Shown here piece after piece: positions 49,845 to 58,936 of a stretch of DNA of 64,000 bases. Within the stretch, counting starts at the first letter, position 1. The number at the start of each line of letters is the position of its first letter. The position numbers and the translations under genes are program-made. Source of the DNA: Spirochaetota bacterium (lineage in GTDB: Bacteria; Spirochaetota; UBA4802; UBA5550); assembly GCA_963663865.1 (NCBI GenBank), contig OY760686.1, forward strand, positions 2,016,001 to 2,080,000. The letters are read 5' to 3'. The notes under the pieces are model-generated. The model was not told the origin of the DNA. It ran no database searches and saw nothing but the letters and a program-made list of their open reading frames with translations.

Positions 49845-50957
49845 TCATTTTATACTCTTATTTATGAGAGGATTTGCATAAGACATCAACAGTATTCTTT
49901 TTACTTCCTGATTCAATCTTTCAATACGTTTATTAAACAACTCTTCATCAGTTGAATCATAGTTATCAGAATACTCTCTGGTATTGTTAATTAAATCATA
50001 AGCAATGTAGTTGCTCGGCCAGAGCCTGTAGTTACTCTGAATTTCCGTATCTAACCTTACAGCCATTTCCTTTTCGGAATCGCATCTGTCATCTATTGGA
50101 GAACCGAAGGCATAGTGAACACGACCTTTTTTACCGCTAATACCTTTGCTTATACTGAGAAGATCTTCGTTTTTATTCTTTTTGTATGCTGGATCTGTTG
50201 ATTTTCTGAACAATTCAAGGGCCTTCATGGAATCGCAGGGATCATACTCATAAGAAATGCTGACAGGTACGATTTTAACATCTTTAAAAAAATCTGCAAC
50301 AGAGATTCCGCTGTCTCTTGTAGAAAGTGTCAGCATTCGAAGAACCGCAGGATTTGTTATATCATTACCATCCTTGGCTCTTCCTTCTCTCTGGGCAATC
50401 CAGATTGAGTTTCCTGATGAATATGTATGATAAATATACCTTGATAGCTTAATTGACGCATTCAGCTGTTCAGTAATTGACAGCCCCCGTTTTACGATAA
50501 AAGACTTGTTGATTCTGATAAGAGTTGAAACAAAATCATTAATGAGCAGATTATCTCCAAATGCTATCTCAACCGTATCCTTCCCCGCTTCAATGAGAAC
50601 ATAGTTAAGCAAAGCCGGATCCAGGGTTATGTCCCTGTGATTGCTTATGTATATATACGGGACATTGTCATCCAGGTTTTCAAGCCCCGATGATGTAATC
50701 TCTTTTATTGTCCTGGTAATCATCGGCTTAAGCATCAATTCGATGACAATTTCCTTTTGAAACTGTGACACTGAATTGACCGAGCGCATCCTGCTTTTAA
50801 GAAACTCCAGCTCATTTGAGCTCAACTTGCCAGAAGGCCTTCCAGTCATGAAACCTATTCCCTGCTCAAATCCGTCAGAGGATATCAAATCGCTGAGAAC
50901 ATCTTTAACTTCATTATCTCTGTAAGGCCTGATATCGTTAAAATCTGAATCAATCAA
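49845..50957 (-). CDS. PlsC-family glycerolipid acyltransferase
   Basis: NHRDITLD (HX4D), GDNL, F.V.R, WIAQREGRAKDG, VPVSISYE. Confidence 0.85.
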   Translation of the reverse strand: MIDSDFNDIRPYRDNEVKDVLSDLISSDGFEQGIGFMTGRPSGKLSSNELEFLKSRMRSVNSVSQFQKEIVIELMLKPMITRTIKEITSSGLENLDDNVPYIYISNHRDITLDPALLNYVLIEAGKDTVEIAFGDNLLINDFVSTLIRINKSFIVKRGLSITEQLNASIKLSRYIYHTYSSGNSIWIAQREGRAKDGNDITNPAVLRMLTLSTRDSGISVADFFKDVKIVPVSISYEYDPCDSMKALELFRKSTDPAYKKNKNEDLLSISKGISGKKGRVHYAFGSPIDDRCDSEKEMAVRLDTEIQSNYRLWPSNYIAYDLINNTREYSDNYDSTDEELFNKRIERLNQEVKRILLMSYANPLINKSIK

Positions 50958-51099
50958 CGCTTTTCCCTCAATTGTTCCGGCCTATATAACCGTTTTAATG
51001 TCAGACTGCAAACTGTTCAAAAACACCTTGTCCAGCCTTAACGAAATTGATGTATGATATTCACAATTGAGAGTGCTACTCGTCAAGCAGATTTAAGCT

Positions 51100-51148
51100 A
51101 ATAAATCAGCCGCTAAAAGGCATATGCTGTTTAGCAGGCTGATTTATT
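51100..51148 (-). terminator. Long near-perfect inverted repeat downstream of ssb
   Basis: AATAAATCAGCC-GCTAAA ... TTTAGCAGGCTGATTTATT (18 bp with one bulge). Confidence 0.6.
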
Positions 51149-51184
51149 GTTTCTTAAGAGAATTACAAACAGGCAACAGAGCTT

Positions 51185-51544
51185 CTATACTACATCAACT
51201 CTGTCTTTTGCTGTGTTTTTTGCGGCTGGATCAAGAAATATGATCTCATTTCCAACTACTTTGATCTTGGACTGCATTTTGCCGTCCTTCCCTTCCCATC
51301 TGTCCTGCCTTAGATTACCAACAACCATAATATGCTTCCCCTTGTGAAGATGCTTTGAACAAACCTCTGCCATCTTGTTCCAGGTTTCGACATCTACATA
51401 TGAAACCTTTGGATCACTATCCTCCTTTGTAAAATGGTTGATAGCCAGTGAAAATTGACAAACCTCCTTTCCTGTTTTGGTCTTTCTCATCGAAGGATCA
51501 TGAGTGACATGACCTTCTACTGTAGCACCAGCATAATTTGACAT
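51185..51544 (-). CDS. ssb: Single-stranded DNA-binding protein, short form without acidic tail
   Basis: OB-fold motifs G..T.DP, F.LA.N, W...AE, KG....V.G.L...RW; AAGGAG SD; ends DRVDVV. Confidence 0.88.
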   Translation of the reverse strand: MSNYAGATVEGHVTHDPSMRKTKTGKEVCQFSLAINHFTKEDSDPKVSYVDVETWNKMAEVCSKHLHKGKHIMVVGNLRQDRWEGKDGKMQSKIKVVGNEIIFLDPAAKNTAKDRVDVV

Positions 51545-51727
51545 AACTGACTCCTTGTTTTTTTAACTTTAACAACGGCCGTTATCGCGATGCTATTAAT
51601 ACGTTCCGGGGTGAAAAATATAAAAATTTTTTACAATATGATATAAAGTGATCCCAGAATTTTATGGCATTAATATTATTAGGTAGGGTAATAAGAATTG
51701 GCGATTTGCTGTTATTTTTGAATTATA

Positions 51728-52393
51728 TTACCATTTTTTTTGAACTTGAAGCTCCCATCTTTTTTTTGATTTGCACACAGCCGTCTTAAATTGATTGCAT
51801 CCTAAAACCTCTGCGTGATCAATAGGACTTCTTCCGGATAAATCTCTCATATAAGGATTTCCACCGCTTTTTAGCAGCTCCAGCCCTGCTGCAGCCCTGT
51901 TGCGGTATGCCGCATAATGCAAAGGAGTAGCGCCATTGCTGTTAGAAGAATTAACCGCCGCCCCTCGGTTGATAAGAAGCCTGACAATTGCCGCTGAACC
52001 CGCTTCAGCGGCAAAGTGCAGCGGGCTCATACCGTCGGCATCTGCATAATCTGGTCTTGCTCCATTCTCCAGTAGAATTCGGGCAGCTTTATAATCATTC
52101 TGAAATGCTGCGAAGTGAAGCGGAGTCTGCAAACGTTCATTTCTGCAATTAGGATTGACACCTTTTCCAAGAAGCATTGAAGTAATGTCATCGCGCCCTG
52201 CAATAACCGACTTAAAAAGAAGACCCTCTCTGAATTTCTCCTTTTTTCCTTTTTCTGAGTGGCAATAGTTAACACTCAATAAAGATCGAGTCGGCCCGAC
52301 TGTATCAGCCCTCAAATATTGGATGCCTGTGGCATAAATGAATAACATTAAGATCGTCAGCCTGATAAAAGAGCAATAATAACGTTTATGCAT
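51728..52393 (-). CDS. Ankyrin-repeat protein with N-terminal hydrophobic segment
   Basis: TPLHFAA, SPLHFAA, TPLHYAA, SPIDHA with LL..GA.. Confidence 0.88.
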   Translation of the reverse strand: MHKRYYCSFIRLTILMLFIYATGIQYLRADTVGPTRSLLSVNYCHSEKGKKEKFREGLLFKSVIAGRDDITSMLLGKGVNPNCRNERLQTPLHFAAFQNDYKAARILLENGARPDYADADGMSPLHFAAEAGSAAIVRLLINRGAAVNSSNSNGATPLHYAAYRNRAAAGLELLKSGGNPYMRDLSGRSPIDHAEVLGCNQFKTAVCKSKKRWELQVQKKW

Positions 52394-52398
52394 AAAGT

Positions 52399-53043
52399 TC
52401 AGTTCCCTCTTCTTAAAAGAATTCTAATCTGATTTTCGGAAGAAATCACTATTCCTTCAGCATTATTAAATTCATCAAAAATAAGTTCTTCGGGAAAAGA
52501 ATATGTCAGTATAGTCTTTTTATATTTTCTCAAAAATGAATAAAATCCTGAGCTCGCAAATCTAAAACCGCTTGCAAGAGAAGGTAATATATAATATTCT
52601 CCTCCATAATTTCTTTGCATTACATCAAGACCAAATCGATAATAGGCGTAAGAAATCAGGGCTTCAACCGGCGAGGAGATTGTCTTAACACTGACATCCT
52701 GTTTTCTTAACTTTTTTAATACTTTCTTTGTATTTCCAGAAATAATTATTCTATCTTTATTTTTTTTTAATTTAAAATTTTCAATTGGGAATTCCATATA
52801 ATTTCTAACATTCTTAATACGGAAGTTAAATAGAATTTGTTCATTTTCCTCAATTAAACGAATAATGATATCTTTCCCGGTCTCAATTCCATCCATATAT
52901 ATTTTTGAATCGATAAAGTCAATTTCAGTACTTAATATCAGTGTGTATTGAGATTTAAGATTTTGACTGTCAGATTCACTGAGTTTAAAATAAAGATCAG
53001 TATTCATTATCAATACTTTTGATGATTCCGTGTTAATATACAT
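52399..53043 (-). CDS. Hypothetical protein (AT-rich)
   Basis: Long ORF, likely ATG 53043 behind GGAG; no recognisable motif. Confidence 0.55.
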   Translation of the reverse strand: MYINTESSKVLIMNTDLYFKLSESDSQNLKSQYTLILSTEIDFIDSKIYMDGIETGKDIIIRLIEENEQILFNFRIKNVRNYMEFPIENFKLKKNKDRIIISGNTKKVLKKLRKQDVSVKTISSPVEALISYAYYRFGLDVMQRNYGGEYYILPSLASGFRFASSGFYSFLRKYKKTILTYSFPEELIFDEFNNAEGIVISSENQIRILLRRGN

Positions 53044-53113
53044 ACCTAACTCCAAAAAAAATGATACAAGTTGATGATGAATTGCTTTTTTTGATTGATT
53101 TATTATTATTTTT

Positions 53114-53704
53114 TTGCATAGAATACAGTATAAAATAATCTACAAGGTTAAATCTATGGCACAGGCAACGTCACTACTAAAAGCTTACATGACAGAGAAC
53201 ATTCCGCCAAATGGAGGATTTATAGTATCAGCTTTTTTTGACTATTCATCCGCCTACACCATTTATGAAATTACCGCCTACAGAAATGTAAAAGATATTT
53301 TCCGCACTCAGACTGGAATTACATTTAAAACTGATGGAAACAGAACACATCTTCTTGTTGAGCCGCCAACTTTTCCCAAAAAGCACGAAGAACCGGTAAA
53401 CCGGGAACAGGGGAAATCAATACCATACAGATTCGCAGATATGGAAGTTGTCGATGGATCACGAAACGAAAAGATAATGATCCCACAGGAACCTTTAATG
53501 CTGTACTCGTCATTTACCATCCTGGAACACGGCTCCGGCAGCTTTGCGTTTATTTTTCATCCTACTCCTGACGTTTATGTCGCTATAAAAAAATTCATGG
53601 CGGACAGCCTTTACAACGACTGCAATCTTTCAAAAAGAGAGTCTCTCGTTATATCTGAAAAAATTCTCGGAACAGTGAAAAAGTTTTCAATATGGTCATC
53701 CTGA
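53114..53704 (+). CDS. Hypothetical protein
   Basis: 196-aa ORF filling the gap; probable start ATG 53156. Confidence 0.6.
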   Translation: MHRIQYKIIYKVKSMAQATSLLKAYMTENIPPNGGFIVSAFFDYSSAYTIYEITAYRNVKDIFRTQTGITFKTDGNRTHLLVEPPTFPKKHEEPVNREQGKSIPYRFADMEVVDGSRNEKIMIPQEPLMLYSSFTILEHGSGSFAFIFHPTPDVYVAIKKFMADSLYNDCNLSKRESLVISEKILGTVKKFSIWSS

Positions 53705-53708
53705 CCGT

Positions 53709-54740
53709 TCATAGTATGAGCATTGAGTCGCCGTAAGAAAAAAAACGATATTTTTCATTTACGGCCTCCTTATAGGCATCCATTATAGCATCATACCCGG
53801 CAAATGCCGAGACCAGCATTAAGAGTGTTGAATAAGGGGTGTGAAAGTTTGTAATTAACGCGTTTATTGACTCAACCCTTCGCGGCGGATATATAAAGAT
53901 GTCAGTCTCACCTTCTCCCGGAACATTGTTTTTCCCGTCGAACGTTGCCTCAAGCACTCTGAGCGATGTGGTTCCAACAGCCACTATCCTTCGGCCTTCT
54001 CTTCTGGCCGAATTAATTCTTTCAGCCGTATCACAAGAAAGATTGTAAGACTCAGTGTGCATTTTGTGGATTGCGAGGTCTTCCTGTCTGACTGGTTGAA
54101 ATGTTCCCCATGATACATTGAGAGTTAAGAATAGTGTTTCCACACTCTTCTCCCGAATGTTATGAAGAATGTCATCAGTAAAATGCAGGCCGGCAGTTGG
54201 AGCCGCAACAGCTCCCGGGACTGTGGCGTAAACAGTCTGATAGCGGTCAGAATCCTCTTCAGTAGTATCTCTTTTTATATATGGGGGCAGAGGAACACTG
54301 CCAATTTTTTTAAGCACTTCCTCATTTAATGCAGTTTTAGTCGAAATTATGAACTTTTCATCTTTTCGTTCTTTTATGATTAGTGCAATATCAGGTACTA
54401 CATCTGATTTCAGTGACTCGCCTACACGTAGTCTTGCGGTTCTATTTGTTATGATTTCCCACTCATAATCTGAAATTCTTTTTGTGAGGATAATCTCAAC
54501 CCTGGCACCTGTCTCTCTTCTAAAGAAAAGGCGAGCATTAATAACCCTGGCATTATTAAAAACAAGCAAATCACCTTCTTTAAAATAATCAGTTATTCGG
54601 CAGAATTGTGAGTGTTGAATGGCACCTGAAGAGCGTTCAAGAACCATCAGTCTTGATCCAGCCCTTACATCTGAAGGTCTCTGGGCTATCAACTCTTCAG
54701 GTAAATTGAAGTTAAAATCACTGAGCGTGTATTGTCGCAT
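53709..54740 (-). CDS. queA: S-adenosylmethionine:tRNA ribosyltransferase-isomerase
   Basis: LPEELIAQ, PLPPYI, YQTVYA, AAPTAGLHF, VGTT, TNFH.P.STL, YRFFSYGD. Confidence 0.97.
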   Translation of the reverse strand: MRQYTLSDFNFNLPEELIAQRPSDVRAGSRLMVLERSSGAIQHSQFCRITDYFKEGDLLVFNNARVINARLFFRRETGARVEIILTKRISDYEWEIITNRTARLRVGESLKSDVVPDIALIIKERKDEKFIISTKTALNEEVLKKIGSVPLPPYIKRDTTEEDSDRYQTVYATVPGAVAAPTAGLHFTDDILHNIREKSVETLFLTLNVSWGTFQPVRQEDLAIHKMHTESYNLSCDTAERINSARREGRRIVAVGTTSLRVLEATFDGKNNVPGEGETDIFIYPPRRVESINALITNFHTPYSTLLMLVSAFAGYDAIMDAYKEAVNEKYRFFSYGDSMLIL

Positions 54741-54741
54741 A

Positions 54742-55908
54742 TTATTTAATAAAGGAATTGTTTTTTACTCCAGTTGCCCTGTTTAGCTTTCTGATGTCAA
54801 CTCCCTTGTAATAAAATGTAAGTATCTCTTTGAAATTTTTTCCGGTGAGCGCCATTCCTCTTGCTCCCCACTGGCACATTCCCACACCATGCCCCCATCC
54901 ATGTCCCTCTATTCTAAGACCGTTATTATCTACTTTAGACTCGAATAAGAGACTTTTGATTTTTTTTGGATCCATTAAAAGTCTGAATTCATTTCCAGTC
55001 GTTGACGCAACACCGTTTTCATGCCTTATTCGTACATCAACAACCCTGCCATCCTTTTTTTTAAATGATATGTTTTGAATTTTCCCGACACTTGGGAATT
55101 TATTTCTCATAGCATACTTCAACTCGTACAGAGAAAGGGTATATGACCAGTTAAAATGTTTTGAATCTGAACAGTAGTTGCAATTGACTGATTTTAAATA
55201 AGGCACCCCGTCACCAGACCATACGTATCTGGAGTCCGTTGTTTTCCCTCCGCATGTTGAATGAAAATATGCCTGAATCGGCTCATAATTGTATGTTATT
55301 ACCATGTCGCGGGTTTCATCAACTGCCTTACTCGTAGCCTCATTTTCTGAAGCAATACCTTTATATACCTGGGAGTTTGTACATGACTCAAGGTCATACA
55401 GGTCGGAACTTTTTTTCTGCATATGGAATAAAGCATATGTTCTTGCGGCTACTGCCTGAGCCTTGAGGGATTCGACCGGCCAGCTATTCGGAATCTCTGA
55501 AGGTACAACGCTTTTGAGATAATCATCCATCGAGACTAAATTTATTACAAGCATCTTGCCAAGATGATTCCTTATCTCAAATCGTCCCCGGTATTTACGC
55601 CCGTTTAGAGACAAAGGAGAATCCCATCCATCTACAACAATGACTCCGGATAGTTTTTCCGGATGAATTGCAATCTCACTGGAATTTGAACTTTTTAATA
55701 TTTTTCCGGAAACTGAATCGGTGATTCTGAACTTCCCATTACAGGCAACTGAAATACGTCTATCAGTCTGTTCGATAAGCACCCTGACAATATCTTTGCC
55801 TGATATTTCCGGGATTCCTTTCTCCCTCAGATATTCACTGCTTGGAGTACAACTGATATATATAGCTGTGAATAATAAAAAATAAATCCGTATTGTCCAT
55901 TTTAACAT
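54742..55908 (-). CDS. SpoIID/LytB-domain probable lipoprotein (lytic transglycosylase family)
   Basis: Signal ending ISC; YL.SVVPSE, LKAQAVAARTY, QVY.G, HSTCGG.T, GHGVGMCQWGA. Confidence 0.9.
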   Translation of the reverse strand: MLKWTIRIYFLLFTAIYISCTPSSEYLREKGIPEISGKDIVRVLIEQTDRRISVACNGKFRITDSVSGKILKSSNSSEIAIHPEKLSGVIVVDGWDSPLSLNGRKYRGRFEIRNHLGKMLVINLVSMDDYLKSVVPSEIPNSWPVESLKAQAVAARTYALFHMQKKSSDLYDLESCTNSQVYKGIASENEATSKAVDETRDMVITYNYEPIQAYFHSTCGGKTTDSRYVWSGDGVPYLKSVNCNYCSDSKHFNWSYTLSLYELKYAMRNKFPSVGKIQNISFKKKDGRVVDVRIRHENGVASTTGNEFRLLMDPKKIKSLLFESKVDNNGLRIEGHGWGHGVGMCQWGARGMALTGKNFKEILTFYYKGVDIRKLNRATGVKNNSFIK

Positions 55909-55948
55909 CTAAAAGGCATTCTCCATTCGAAACATAATCATTTTAAAA

Positions 55949-56842
55949 CTATCCTTTCGGATGAAAACCTCTGTGAATATCCTGGAGCTTTTCTTTTGCA
56001 AGATGCGTATAAATCTGAGTAGTAGAAATATCCATATGACCGAGCAGTTCCTGCACCGAACGAAGATCTGCACCGTTCTCAATAAGATGTGTCGCAAATG
56101 AATGTCTCAATGTATGAGGTGTAATGTTCTTTTTTATTTCAGTTCTTACAACATAGTTCTTCAATAAACGCCATACCGATTTTCTATTTAACATTGACCC
56201 TTTTTTACTTATAAACAAGTACTCACTTTCCCTTGTTCCAAGTATATCCTGCCTTGAAAATTCAATATATTTATTCATTAACCTCTTTGCTTCTTCATTT
56301 ACGGGAACGATTCTCTCCTTGTCGCCCTTTCCTGTAACACGTATATATGAATTCTGGAAATCTATATCATCCCATGTTAATTCTACGGCTTCAGTTATCC
56401 TCAATCCAGAAGAGTAAAGAAGTTCGAAAATCGTTTTGTCCCTGAGCTCATATGGATCATTTTCCGAGATTGATGAAAACAGCCTTTCAATTTCAGCTAT
56501 TGATAAAAAGTCGGGCAATGTTTTTTCTATGTGAGGTGATTCAATTTTTGAAGTTGGATTTGTTACTGTCTTATCAACATCAGAAATAAAATTGTAAAAC
56601 TGCCTGATTGCGGCCAACGACCTTGCAAGAGTCCTTGTGGAATTCTTTTTTTTATTTTTCTCGAATCTGAGGAACTGTTGAACATCTTCATGTGTCGCAT
56701 CCATGATATCCCTGTTTCTTGCAGTGAGATATTCGCTGAACTTTTTTAAATCATAAGTATACGAATATATTGAATTCTGTGAAAGGCCCTTTTCTATCTG
56801 CAGAAACCGTTTAAATCTGTTAATCGCCTGAACTTCTTTCAC
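55949..56842 (-). CDS. xerD: Site-specific tyrosine recombinase XerD
   Basis: LY.SGLR, GKG.KER, PHTLRHSFATHL.ENGADLRSVQELLGH, TQIYTH; likely GTG start 56842 behind GGAGG. Confidence 0.9.
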   Translation of the reverse strand: MKEVQAINRFKRFLQIEKGLSQNSIYSYTYDLKKFSEYLTARNRDIMDATHEDVQQFLRFEKNKKKNSTRTLARSLAAIRQFYNFISDVDKTVTNPTSKIESPHIEKTLPDFLSIAEIERLFSSISENDPYELRDKTIFELLYSSGLRITEAVELTWDDIDFQNSYIRVTGKGDKERIVPVNEEAKRLMNKYIEFSRQDILGTRESEYLFISKKGSMLNRKSVWRLLKNYVVRTEIKKNITPHTLRHSFATHLIENGADLRSVQELLGHMDISTTQIYTHLAKEKLQDIHRGFHPKG

Positions 56843-57032
56843 CTGGCAAATCCTCCGGAAATATTTTTCCACTCCTCATATTAACTTCATTCAGGGCAGG
56901 TATTATGTCTTTTTAACAGGTCCATCTATAATTAGGCCTGCTGCCTTTCCTGACAAAGATGTAGAAAATTTTATATCATATTCCGGAAGAACATACCGGA
57001 TAGGCGGTTTTCTCCGCCGTGTTTCATTTAAT

Positions 57033-57060
57033 ATATCGGTAACGGCGGATTATGTCTTAA
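57033..57060 (-). promoter_or_regulatory. Candidate sigma28 (FliA)-type promoter upstream of xerD
   Basis: Minus strand TTAAG-N15-ACCGATAT. Confidence 0.45.
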
Positions 57061-57102
57061 TAAGGGTATGTTATTTTTTATGAAGTTGAATTGGTTGAAT
57101 TA

Positions 57103-57846
57103 CTACCTGGGGTGTAATATTTTTTTACGACGTTTTCTGACTTTTTCATCCTTTATTATCTGCCCGTCTTTAAAGACAACATTGCGTTTTGTAAACTCTG
57201 CAACGTCGGATTCATGCGTGACCATGATTATGGTTATCCCTAAATCCCTGTTAAGATTAGTAAAAAGGTTCATAATCTCTTCAGTATTTTTACTATCGAG
57301 ATTACCGGTAGGCTCGTCAGCAAGAATAATCGCCGGGTTATTCACAAGGGCTCTGGCAATAGCAACCCTTTGTTGTTCTCCGCCCGATAGTTTGTTTGGA
57401 TGATGGTGCTCTCTTCCAGACAGGCCGACCATGGACAAAAGCTTGCTTGCCCGCGCCTTCATTTCGATCGAAGTTACGCCGCCATTATAGAATAGCGGAA
57501 GCTCTACATTCTCAATGGCACTTGTCCTTGGCAGGAGGTTAAAGCCCTGAAAGACAAAACCAATCTTTCGATTTCTAATTTCCGCTTTCTGGTCAGCGGA
57601 AAGAGAACTGCCGTCAATCCCGTCAAGGATATACCTTCCGCCTGTAGGAGTATCAAGGAAACCGAGTATATTCATAAAGGTAGATTTTCCGGAACCGGAA
57701 GCCCCCATAACAGCAATGTACTCTCCCCTCTCAACTTCGAGCGATACTCCGCGTAAAGCCCTGACTACGACCTCCTCGCTTAAAGCGAAAGATTTGTGAA
57801 TATCGTCAATTTTTATTATTACATCACTCATGCTATTTTTTCTCAA
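57103..57846 (-). CDS. MacB/LolD-type ABC transporter ATP-binding protein
   Basis: GASGSGKST, IGFVFQ.FNLL, LSGGEQQR, ADEPTGNLD, VTH; no TM domain. Confidence 0.92.
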   Translation of the reverse strand: MRKNSMSDVIIKIDDIHKSFALSEEVVVRALRGVSLEVERGEYIAVMGASGSGKSTFMNILGFLDTPTGGRYILDGIDGSSLSADQKAEIRNRKIGFVFQGFNLLPRTSAIENVELPLFYNGGVTSIEMKARASKLLSMVGLSGREHHHPNKLSGGEQQRVAIARALVNNPAIILADEPTGNLDSKNTEEIMNLFTNLNRDLGITIIMVTHESDVAEFTKRNVVFKDGQIIKDEKVRKRRKKILHPR

Positions 57847-58936
57847 TCTTAACCAGAACCTGGTCGCCCGGTTTTATTCCTGATACTATCTCTGTGTACA
57901 TATCTCCGGCAAGCCCCTGCGCAACAGGTACTTTTTTTGCCGGCTCTTTATCAATCAAACTGTCATTTCTAAGCCACAAAACCTTTTCATCAGCTTTCTG
58001 AAAGGAAAACTCAGGTGCTACGATAAATGCCTGGTTTGGTACCCTGAGCACATTATTTTTCCTGGAGACTACAATTGTAGATGTCGCAGTCATTCCAGGT
58101 TTCAGCAGAAGCTCGGTGTTATCACAGAGAACATGTGATTGATATGTTACAAGTCCGCCGCTTTGCTTAAAAGGATTAATTGAAACCATCTCAATATCCC
58201 CGTAAAATTCCTTTTCAGGGAATGCGCTTACCGTAAAAATAACCTTTTGCTTCTTCTTTACATTACCGATATCGGCCTCATCAATATTGATTACAAGGAG
58301 CATCTTTGTCAGATCTGGGGCTATTACAAAAGCAGGTGTTCCAGCCTGTAAAGCAGCGTTTTCAATTATGTCGACAGCGAGAACAACTCCTGAAATAGGT
58401 GATACAATCCTTGTTTCCTGCTTATGCCTTTTCATTTCATTTAAGTCAAACAGTGCAAGCTTGTATTCATACTGCGCTTTTTTGTATTCAAGCTCTGTCT
58501 GTTCAAGGTCTTTTTTTGATATAAGCTTGTCCTCAAACATGCTCTTCTTGCCTTCAAATCTTTGCTTTTCAGCCATAAGCTGAAGATTCTTGTTCTCAAC
58601 ATTCATTGTCTGCCGAAGAATCTTTTCTGATATTGAAAGGCTTTCAAATGACGCAAGGAGCTGCCCTTTTTGAACGCGCTGCTCAGCTTCAACATAGATT
58701 TTATCGATTATTCCATTTATCTTCGTAAGGACAGGCTCAGCCCCTTTCACCTCAAGCACGCCGGTGGCAGAAATAGTCTTTACGACCTCGCCTCTCGCAG
58801 CCTTTTCAAAGGTGTATTCATACTCTGATTCATCCCCGCATCCATACTTAACCAAAAGAACAAGAAGAGCAAGAGATATAAGAGTAATAATAATCCTGGT
58901 AATTCTATGCTTTAAAATTCTTTTTAATATTGACAT
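57833..58936 (-). CDS. MacA-like periplasmic adaptor subunit
   Basis: N-terminal TM, ATG.L, G.I..I.V.....V.KGQ.LA, SPISG, IDEADIG, LKPGMTA. Confidence 0.88.
   Translation of the reverse strand: MSILKRILKHRITRIIITLISLALLVLLVKYGCGDESEYEYTFEKAARGEVVKTISATGVLEVKGAEPVLTKINGIIDKIYVEAEQRVQKGQLLASFESLSISEKILRQTMNVENKNLQLMAEKQRFEGKKSMFEDKLISKKDLEQTELEYKKAQYEYKLALFDLNEMKRHKQETRIVSPISGVVLAVDIIENAALQAGTPAFVIAPDLTKMLLVINIDEADIGNVKKKQKVIFTVSAFPEKEFYGDIEMVSINPFKQSGGLVTYQSHVLCDNTELLLKPGMTATSTIVVSRKNNVLRVPNQAFIVAPEFSFQKADEKVLWLRNDSLIDKEPAKKVPVAQGLAGDMYTEIVSGIKPGDQVLVKIEKK

Noticed and set aside
51053-51079. CIRCE (HrcA) element
   Set aside because: Only one half-site (GAGTGCTA) is present; the matching TTAGCACTC nine bases upstream is absent
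55949-56842. Tyrosine recombinase as a phage or island integrase
   Set aside because: Size and motifs match chromosomal XerD and the neighbours are housekeeping genes
56885-56960. Cobalamin or c-di-GMP riboswitch in the xerD leader
   Set aside because: Only an ACCTGCC fragment matches; the other conserved core motifs are absent
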